From contig CACWLL010000005.1 of the NCBI GenBank assembly GCA_902761735.1, positions 35,639 through 99,638 on the forward strand: DNA of 64,000 nucleotides, written 5' to 3'. Positions 10,461-17,450 of this stretch are shown piece after piece. The position numbers were made by a program, and so were the translations under genes. The notes beneath the pieces are model-generated. The model ran no database searches. It was not told the DNA's origin and saw only the letters and a list, made by a program, of their open reading frames with translations. The DNA is from an uncultured bacterium (GTDB lineage: Bacteria; Cyanobacteriota; Vampirovibrionia; Gastranaerophilales; Gastranaerophilaceae). How positions within the stretch are numbered: position 1 is the stretch's first letter; every line of letters starts with the position of its first letter.

Positions 10461-11899
10461 TAAGAAACCCTCGTAAACAGCTGATCTATTAATTCTATTG
10501 CCATATCAATTTCATCATAAGAAATTGTAACGGCCGGCACAAGAGTAATTGAATTGTTGTAATGGCTGCCCTTGTTCAAGATGATACCGCACTTTTTGCC
10601 TCTGTACGTCAAATCACCTTTCAGGCTTTCTTCCATAATTTTGTGTAACAATCCCGGATCCGGAGTATAGCCGTCCTCGGTAACACATTCTATTCTTAAG
10701 GCAAGACCTAAACCGTCAACAGTACCGATACGTTTATGTTTTCTTTCTAAGGTTTTCAATCCGTCTAAGAAATATTTACCCTTATTTGCAACTTCTGTTT
10801 CAAAATCATGTTCTTCAAAGGTTTTCATAACTTCATAACCTGCTCTCATCCCAACAGGATTGTTACAGAATGTAGAGTGAGTTCTGCCGTTTGGCCATAC
10901 CTCAGGATTTATAATTTCTTCTCTTGCCCACATACCTGCAAGCGGATTCAAACCGTTTGTTAAAGATTTACCAAATGTAATTACATCAGGTTTTACATCA
11001 AAGTGTTCAATAGACCAAAGTTTACCTGTTCTATAAAAGCCCATCTGAATTTCATCAGCAACAAAAAGTACACCGAAATCATCAAGAACTTTTTTGAGTT
11101 CTTTAAAGTAACCTTTTGGCGGAACAATATAACCGCCTGAACCCTGAACAGGTTCAACAAAGAATGCACCAAAGGCACAATCTTTTGAAGAATGGTCATA
11201 CAAACCGGCGCAATTATCTTCAAATTCACGTCTTAACTGTTGTACACAATAATAATTACAAGAGTCACATTTCTTTCCGTAAGGACATCTAAAACAGTAT
11301 GGATATGGGACAAAATGTGCTTCATCAGCGAAATGTCCGAACGGCTTTCTATATCTGTAACCGGCCGTTAAACAGCTTGCACCTAATGTTCTGCCGTGAA
11401 ATCCACCAAAAAATGAAAAGACTCTGTTTTTGTGCGTATAATTTCTTACCAATTTTAATGCATCTTCAGTTGCTTGAGAACCACCCACGTTGAAGTGGAC
11501 TCTGCCTTTTTCGCCAAATCTTTTTATATTTGCTTTTGCAATTTTTTCTGACAATAAAACTTTGTAATCATACAAAAAGTGTGATGAAATTTGCGGCAAC
11601 GTATCTATTTGGTCAACAACCGCATCTCTTATTCTTTTGTTCTTATAACCTAAATTACAAGAAGCAAACCACATCTCTAAATCTAAATAAGGAGTACCTT
11701 CCGAATCATACATAAATACGCCGTTGCAATCTCTGAATACTTTCGGTATCGGCTCTGCATAAACCTTATCACCATGCGTACAATATTCGGTTCCGATTTC
11801 ATTTAATTCGCTATCTGAATATTCATACTTGCTATCCTGTGATTCTTTAACTTTACTGATGAAACGTATATCCGTCCCAGATTTTTCTAATACTGTCAT
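10460..11899 (-). CDS. class III (omega) PLP-dependent aminotransferase
   Basis: 479 aa. FVADEIQMGFYRTGKLW and TFGKSLTNG (PLP lysine). Cys cluster CFRCPYGKKCDSC. Confidence 0.85.
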   Translation of the reverse strand: MTVLEKSGTDIRFISKVKESQDSKYEYSDSELNEIGTEYCTHGDKVYAEPIPKVFRDCNGVFMYDSEGTPYLDLEMWFASCNLGYKNKRIRDAVVDQIDTLPQISSHFLYDYKVLLSEKIAKANIKRFGEKGRVHFNVGGSQATEDALKLVRNYTHKNRVFSFFGGFHGRTLGASCLTAGYRYRKPFGHFADEAHFVPYPYCFRCPYGKKCDSCNYYCVQQLRREFEDNCAGLYDHSSKDCAFGAFFVEPVQGSGGYIVPPKGYFKELKKVLDDFGVLFVADEIQMGFYRTGKLWSIEHFDVKPDVITFGKSLTNGLNPLAGMWAREEIINPEVWPNGRTHSTFCNNPVGMRAGYEVMKTFEEHDFETEVANKGKYFLDGLKTLERKHKRIGTVDGLGLALRIECVTEDGYTPDPGLLHKIMEESLKGDLTYRGKKCGIILNKGSHYNNSITLVPAVTISYDEIDMAIELIDQLFTRVS

Positions 11900-12139
11900 A
11901 TCCTGTCCCTATATATTTTGTATTTACATTAACGTTCTTTATAATAACCCAAAAACATTTAAATGTTAAATTATATATGTACTAATATTACAAAACTGTT
12001 ATATTTGTAATATCAAAATGAATGAAATTTACCATAAAATCTAATAATAATCCGTATATTTTGTAAAAACAACATCTTTATGATAACATTACAAACGAAA
12101 ATAAAATCTTTAAATAAGTTCACAGAGGGAGTTTACAAA

Positions 12140-13159
12140 ATGGAAAAATTTATAAAAAAATACGCAAATATGAAAACAGTATTTTATATTCTTTTAGGAT
12201 TACTTATTTTATTTATGTGGAAAAATCCTGAAATGACTTTGATGTTGTTTGTTTCATTAGTATTCGCCAGTTCACTTAACCCTCTCGTTGACAAATTAAA
12301 TAAAAAAATCAACCGAACAGCAGCAACCTCTATTGTATTATTCGGCTCAATCGGATTGCTCGCACTATTTATTATTCCTATATTTGCGTTATGTATTTAT
12401 CAAATAGGATTATTTGCAAAAGAATTTCCTCAGTACATAAACAATATAAACCAAATTGTACACACATACCCTATTATACATAAATTAGGAATTATGAACA
12501 TTAAATTTGCAGATGTATTTACTCAAGCTGCAAACTATTCTTCAAGCTTTATTGATGCCGTTATGAGTTTGCTCGGCAAATTAAGTTCACTTTCATTATA
12601 TTTTTTACTTACCGTAATTTTCACATTCTTTTTGCTTGTTGACAAAGATTACATAAGAAACTCAATATTAAAATTTTTCCCGTCCTCATTAAGAAATAAA
12701 ACAAACGGGATAATCAAAATAGTAAGTCAAAGAATTGGCGGATATGTAATTGCTCAAACTTGTGCCATCACATCAGTAGGTATAATAATGATAATAGGAC
12801 TATGGTTGTTTAAAATTCCATACGCATTACTGTTGGGTTTAATCACTGCCGTACTGGATATTATACCTGTTGTCGGACCGGCAATCGGACTTATAATTTG
12901 CTTGGTTGCAACTTATGAAGTAGGTATTAGAGCCCTTCTTGTTGTAACATTAGTTTTTGTAATAGCCCAATTTGTAGAAAATAATTTTGTAAGACCTTAT
13001 GCATACGGTAAATTAATGAACTTGCATCCAATGCTGATATTTATATTTTTGTTTCTCGGAACAAAATATTTCGGACTTGTAGGAACTCTGTTTGCACCGG
13101 CTATTGCGGCAACGGTATGTGTCCTTGTCGAAGAACTTTATATTAAGAATTTAAAATAA
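12140..13159 (+). CDS. AI-2E/PerM family membrane transporter
   Basis: Multi-pass membrane protein with DIIPVVGP and the family's C-terminal conserved region. Start set at the ATG after the GAGGGAG RBS. Confidence 0.75.
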   Translation: MEKFIKKYANMKTVFYILLGLLILFMWKNPEMTLMLFVSLVFASSLNPLVDKLNKKINRTAATSIVLFGSIGLLALFIIPIFALCIYQIGLFAKEFPQYINNINQIVHTYPIIHKLGIMNIKFADVFTQAANYSSSFIDAVMSLLGKLSSLSLYFLLTVIFTFFLLVDKDYIRNSILKFFPSSLRNKTNGIIKIVSQRIGGYVIAQTCAITSVGIIMIIGLWLFKIPYALLLGLITAVLDIIPVVGPAIGLIICLVATYEVGIRALLVVTLVFVIAQFVENNFVRPYAYGKLMNLHPMLIFIFLFLGTKYFGLVGTLFAPAIAATVCVLVEELYIKNLK

Positions 13160-13199
13160 AATTCGCGTAAATTTTATATTCATATTATTTAATTTTAAC

Positions 13200-13217
13200 T
13201 ACGACTCTTTTTGTCGT
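13200..13217. repeat. left copy of an 18-nt inverted repeat (hairpin TACGACTCTTTTTGTCGT)
   Basis: Its exact reverse complement occurs at 16492..16509. Each copy is itself an ACGAC/GTCGT hairpin. Confidence 0.7.
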
Positions 13218-13252
13218 AGTTGTGTTATATTATGATAATATAAGGAGAAACA

Positions 13253-14218
13253 ATGTCGAGATTAAATAAAGCAAATGAAATTATAGAACTTGCAATTTTG
13301 ATGCAAAACAGTTATTGCGGTTTAACTTTAGATGATATTGCACATGAGTTTGAATGTTCTCGCCGCAGTGCAGAGAGAATGAAAGCTGTTTTGATTGAAA
13401 AATTTGGGAATAAAATTGAAGAAGTAAACAACGAAAAAGACAAGAAAAAACGCTGGAGATTTAAAAAAGGTACAATGAATTGGCTTATATATTTTACATC
13501 AAGCGACTTTGCAAATCTTGAACTTTGTAAAAAATCTCTTAAATCCCCGACAAAACAAAAAGAAATGGATGAACTTATTGAAAAAATCAAAGCACTTAAC
13601 CCTCAAAATGTTTCTAATGTTGATGTGGATGAAATTTTATCTACCCAAGCTTATGCTGTAAGACAAGGATTTAGAGAAAATATAAAACTTGAAACCTTGC
13701 AAATAATAAATGATGCAATTCTTTGTCAAAAACAAATTGTTATAAAGTATGCAGATATGGATAATGAATTTGCAATCAACCCTTATGGAATTTTACATTC
13801 CGACAGGGTTTATTTAATTGCTTACAATATTTTTGCTAATGCAATTTGGACATACAGAATTTCAAAAATTAAAGAAATAAAATTGACTGATAATTATTTT
13901 GATAAAGATGAAAGTTTCAATATGGAAGAATATTGTGCAAGGTCATTTGGAGTTTATCAGGGAGAAATTTTTGATGTCGTTCTGCAATTTGATAAAGAAT
14001 GTACAGATGATGCAAAAGAATACTTTTTCCATCCAACCCAAAGTGGGAAATTGAATGATGATGGTACTTACACTTTATCATTAAAGGCAAGCGGAGAATT
14101 TGAGATTATTACAGAAATTTTAAAATGGCGCAGCAGCGTAAAAATTCTCTCCCCTCAAAGTTTAAAAGATACTTATAACAAAACAGTAAAAGAAATGTAT
14201 AAACAGATAAAGGAATAA
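13253..14218 (+). CDS. WYL-domain transcriptional regulator (HTH-WYL-WCX architecture)
   Basis: N-terminal HTH (LTLDDIAHEFECSRRSAERM). Central WYL-like block (IVIKYADMDNEFAINPYGILHSDRVYLIAYN...WTYRISKIKEIKL). C-terminal extension. Confidence 0.8.
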   Translation: MSRLNKANEIIELAILMQNSYCGLTLDDIAHEFECSRRSAERMKAVLIEKFGNKIEEVNNEKDKKKRWRFKKGTMNWLIYFTSSDFANLELCKKSLKSPTKQKEMDELIEKIKALNPQNVSNVDVDEILSTQAYAVRQGFRENIKLETLQIINDAILCQKQIVIKYADMDNEFAINPYGILHSDRVYLIAYNIFANAIWTYRISKIKEIKLTDNYFDKDESFNMEEYCARSFGVYQGEIFDVVLQFDKECTDDAKEYFFHPTQSGKLNDDGTYTLSLKASGEFEIITEILKWRSSVKILSPQSLKDTYNKTVKEMYKQIKE

Positions 14219-14220
14219 CT

Positions 14221-14628
14221 ATGTTAATATGCGAAGATTTATTATGTATTTTGCAGGATAAATATAAAAATATTTCAGAAGAACTTTTTCCTGAACTAAA
14301 AAATGACAGTATTAAAAAAGGGTTTATCACTTTAGATAAAACCGATATAAAAAATGCTTTAATAAATAGTAAAAATTGTACTTTCAATGTTGTAAAATCA
14401 GAGAAAAAAGATGCATTAAATATATTTATAAATGCTTATAATATAGAAAAAACAAAAAATTTAATTTTATTTATCATGCATGATGAAAATTTAACATTAT
14501 ATGAAATCTCTGAAATAATCAGCTTCATAACAAAAAACATCAATCCTTCAACCTACGTTATTGTTTGCGATTTTATAGATAAATCAGTAAAAAATCAAAT
14601 AAAATTAGTATCACTCAATCTTGTATAA
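14221..14628 (+). CDS. small protein resembling the FtsZ C-terminal half (H7, T7 loop, C-terminal subdomain), 135 aa
   Basis: ATG lies 2 nt after the WYL stop. Near gap-free blocks align to this window's FtsZ: GFITLDKTDIKNAL vs [14 protein letters not shown]; NLILFIMHDENLTLYEISEII vs [21 protein letters not shown]; YVIVCDFIDKSVKNQIKLVSL vs [22 protein letters not shown]. Confidence 0.55.
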   Translation: MLICEDLLCILQDKYKNISEELFPELKNDSIKKGFITLDKTDIKNALINSKNCTFNVVKSEKKDALNIFINAYNIEKTKNLILFIMHDENLTLYEISEIISFITKNINPSTYVIVCDFIDKSVKNQIKLVSLNLV

Positions 14629-14638
14629 AGGAGGAATT

Positions 14639-15169
14639 ATGAAAAGAAAAAATAAATCAGATAAAAATTATAAAATATGGTTAGAAAATATAAAAAAAGA
14701 ACTTAATGAAAAAGAACCATTACTAAAAAATATTCCGGACATTGAAAAATGGAAAACCAGCCCGTCATCAGATATTGATACTCCGATATTAAAGAATGAA
14801 ACGTGGGTAAAAATTGAAGGTTCAGGGTTTACACGATATGAAATAAGCAGTTTAGGCAGAGTTAAATATCTTGGGAAAATTGTTCCTCAAAAAAATAGGA
14901 CTGAAAATGGTAAAGAATGTATTGGCTATCTGGTGTTAGATAAAGAAGCCTTTCAAAAAAAATATCCGAAAGCACCTTGCGGGTTTACCACAACAACACA
15001 TGTTTATTCTCTTGTTGCCTATGCATTTTTAGGGAAAAAAGAAAAAGACGGTTATCAAGTGCATCATATTACAAATAATGGTTATGATAATAGTATTGAT
15101 AATCTTGTATTATTAGACAAAGATGAACATTCTTTGATACACGGATTTAAAATTGGGACTTGGAAATAA
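14639..15169 (+). CDS. NUMOD4-HNH homing-type endonuclease
   Basis: AGGAGG RBS. WVKIEGSGFTRYEISSLGRVK (NUMOD4-like). GYQVHHITNNGYDNSIDNLVLLDKDEHSLIH (HNH). Confidence 0.8.
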   Translation: MKRKNKSDKNYKIWLENIKKELNEKEPLLKNIPDIEKWKTSPSSDIDTPILKNETWVKIEGSGFTRYEISSLGRVKYLGKIVPQKNRTENGKECIGYLVLDKEAFQKKYPKAPCGFTTTTHVYSLVAYAFLGKKEKDGYQVHHITNNGYDNSIDNLVLLDKDEHSLIHGFKIGTWK

Positions 15170-15197
15170 AAAGAGATGTTATGCCTCTGATTTATAA

Positions 15198-15557
15198 ACT
15201 GTATTTATAGGAAATGAAACACCGGAAATTGCGGAGGAACACTTACAAACAAAATTAAAAAATGCTGATTTTTGGCAATTAGTTGCTGATGAAGAACTAA
15301 AAACTGCAATGCAAATGGCAAAAGACACAATATAGATTATTCTGTAATACTCGGTAAAGCCGTTTTTATTTGAGGGACAAAAAATTGTTATATATAAAGA
15401 AATTTTTGAGCTATTGCAAACTCAGACCGGATACAATAAAATTGCAGTAATTGATTCAAATAAATTTTCGACAAACCTGCCTGCACCTTTAGATGAAATT
15501 ACAGAAAAAAGAAATAATAAAATTACAGACACAATAATTGAGTTTATTAATATATAA
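15198..15557 (+). pseudogene. probable decayed coding remnant (one frame broken by in-frame TAG and TAA, with no start codon)
   Basis: A 46-codon and a 68-codon open stretch lie in the same frame. They are separated only by TAG (15333) and TAA (15345). Neither has a usable start or RBS. Confidence 0.35.
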
Positions 15558-15580
15558 GAGAAAATAAATACTTCTTTGAT

Positions 15581-15781
15581 TTGTTTGAAAACTTTGAACA
15601 TTATGTAGATTTCTTTTATCTAAATGACTTATTAATAAATAACGATTATTCAAAAATTAATTTCTTTTTGCCTTTTGATAATTTTAAAAAAAATTCAAAA
15701 CCACAAGATACAACTGAATGGAAAGTCTTTTGTGAAAAGCAGATAGAATTTATAAAAGCTAGAAATAAAAGAATTAAGTAA
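15581..15781 (+). CDS. hypothetical 66-aa ORF (TTG start), possibly another remnant
   Basis: ORF only. Weak start context. Confidence 0.25.
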   Translation: MFENFEHYVDFFYLNDLLINNDYSKINFFLPFDNFKKNSKPQDTTEWKVFCEKQIEFIKARNKRIK

Positions 15782-15785
15782 TTTA

Positions 15786-16145
15786 CTATTCCATATATTT
15801 TTCTACGCAATTCCTTCTGTCGCATTCGTTTGTGGTAATTTTGTTGCAGTAGGTATTAATTTTTAATATAATTTCGTGGTCTTTTTTGTTGCGTTCATAA
15901 ATATAACCACGCACACAATTTTCAAAAGCTCCGTTTTGTGCGATATTTTGTGCAGTGCAATAGTCTGTACCATTTTTATAATTTATTTTCAACGACTTTG
16001 GAACAGAAATCTTCAAAGGTTCAACACTAACTTTTTCAGATTCATCTATCCTTGAATTATTATTTTGATTTGACTTATATTTCTCAAATGATTGAACAAC
16101 AAACAAAAATATAGAAATTATTATTATAATAAGTAAATTTTTCAT
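15786..16145 (-). CDS. secreted or membrane-anchored cysteine-rich small protein, 119 aa
   Basis: N-terminal hydrophobic helix MKNLLIIIIISIFLFVV. Six Cys in the C-terminal 60 aa. Confidence 0.55.
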   Translation of the reverse strand: MKNLLIIIIISIFLFVVQSFEKYKSNQNNNSRIDESEKVSVEPLKISVPKSLKINYKNGTDYCTAQNIAQNGAFENCVRGYIYERNKKDHEIILKINTYCNKITTNECDRRNCVEKYME

Positions 16146-16237
16146 AATTTTTCAAGGTATCTGTCACATTCATCAAATCCGGTAATAATTTTATTTTTGA
16201 TTTCAATCTGTCCGGAATTAAAATCAAATTTCAACAT
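16142..16237 (-). CDS. 31-aa micro-ORF translationally coupled on both sides
   Basis: Not in the supplied ORF track. MLKFDFNSGQIEIKNKIITGFDECDRYLEKL read on the minus strand. Its ATG overlaps the upstream TAA by 1 nt, and its TGA overlaps the downstream ATG (ATGA). Confidence 0.35.
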   Translation of the reverse strand: MLKFDFNSGQIEIKNKIITGFDECDRYLEKL

Positions 16238-16455
16238 TATAAGCCTCTTATTTCCGAATTAATTCTACGACATTCTTCAAGAGTTTCCTGCTTAATTTTT
16301 TCAGATTCGGTTTTAATACGTTTTAAAATTTCAGACTCATAAGTCATTTTCTGTGCTTTCAATTCTGCATCAGAAATAATCATTTCAGCTCTATCATATG
16401 CATCTTTTAAAATTTGTTTCTTCACTTTAAATAAAAATTTTCCGAACATTTTCAT
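16237..16455 (-). CDS. 72-aa coiled-coil protein
   Basis: Charged heptad-like sequence. AGGAG-type RBS upstream. Confidence 0.5.
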   Translation of the reverse strand: MKMFGKFLFKVKKQILKDAYDRAEMIISDAELKAQKMTYESEILKRIKTESEKIKQETLEECRRINSEIRGL

Positions 16456-16491
16456 CTCCTTATCTTCATATTTTAATTATAAGGGAGAAGC

Positions 16492-16509
16492 ACGACAAAA
16501 AGAGTCGTA
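16492..16509. repeat. right copy of the 18-nt inverted repeat (ACGACAAAAAGAGTCGTA)
   Basis: Exact reverse complement of 13200..13217. Confidence 0.7.
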
Positions 16510-16577
16510 ACGAGCTGCACTTAACCTACAACTTTTTCAATTTTACGATTCGGCATAATACGAAATATCCGCAAAAA

Positions 16578-17213
16578 TTAAGAAAATTCTTCTATTTTGT
16601 CTATAATATTGCGGAAAGATTCAAAATAATAATGTTTTATTAAATTTTTGTTGCAATATTGGTGTAATTTTTTTGTTGCAAACAAAGTATGTGCTTTACT
16701 TGCTATACACAAATCACTCGTACCGTCACCAATGTAACAAAACTCTTTCTCTTTAACCTTATCACATTTGCACATACCGGCTTTTTTATCGCAATTCAAA
16801 TTATGATACGGAAATTCTATTTTAAACTTGTTGTTCTCATAGATAATATGATTGGCATAAACCGGAATATCATTTAAATTAAATCGTTCAAGTGTTTTAT
16901 GAATGAATAAATCAAATCCATCACTTAATATGGTAAACTTAATATTTTTTGATTTTACATATTCTATAAATTCCAAAAAAGTTTGGTCGATTTCAATACT
17001 TTGAATATAATCGTCTAATTGTCTTGGGGTAATTTCCGGTAATAAGCCAACCTGAATAACCGCATTTTCCATTGATGAAATTTTACCGTCTATCCAAAGT
17101 TTTTCAGATTCAAGCCATTTATCACCGGTATATTGTTCAAAAAAACTGTTCACCGCATCACTTTTGGTAATAGTTCCATCAAAATCACAATATATTGCTT
17201 CCAAATTTTTCAT
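16578..17213 (-). CDS. HAD-IB phosphatase, MtnX/phosphoserine-phosphatase-like
   Basis: DFDGTIT nucleophile motif, GDGTSDL motif IV, and a Cys-rich cap (CDKKAGMCKCDK) as in MtnX-type enzymes. Confidence 0.7.
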   Translation of the reverse strand: MKNLEAIYCDFDGTITKSDAVNSFFEQYTGDKWLESEKLWIDGKISSMENAVIQVGLLPEITPRQLDDYIQSIEIDQTFLEFIEYVKSKNIKFTILSDGFDLFIHKTLERFNLNDIPVYANHIIYENNKFKIEFPYHNLNCDKKAGMCKCDKVKEKEFCYIGDGTSDLCIASKAHTLFATKKLHQYCNKNLIKHYYFESFRNIIDKIEEFS

Positions 17214-17450
17214 AATTTAATTATACTATAAACTAATTTTTATTTTATTTTATTTTAGATAAAAATTTTCGGGTTTAAAACTCTTTCCACGAATAATTTT
17301 AGTCCACGTATCAATATTAAGCAAGAATAACAAACGTCATTTTATCCTTTAGGTTGGATTTATGCCTTGTTCGTTTGCCTTTAAAGAGTTTTCAGTTATT
17401 TGGCATATAAAGTATTTAACACTGGGTATAGGATTAAATTAACTATAAAA

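Noticed and set aside
15333-15347. In-frame TAG/TAA as evidence of stop-codon recoding
   Set aside because: Every well-supported gene in the window terminates normally at TAA, TAG or TGA, with terminators following. Two stops 12 nt apart in an ORF with no start codon fit decay better.
17278-17392. 10-bp inverted repeat AAAACTCTTT / AAAGAGTTTT in the kinase/HAD spacer (possible MITE or RNA stem)
   Set aside because: The arms are short and AT-rich. A chance match of this kind is expected in a 237-nt AT-rich spacer. It has no internal structure and no second copy was noticed.
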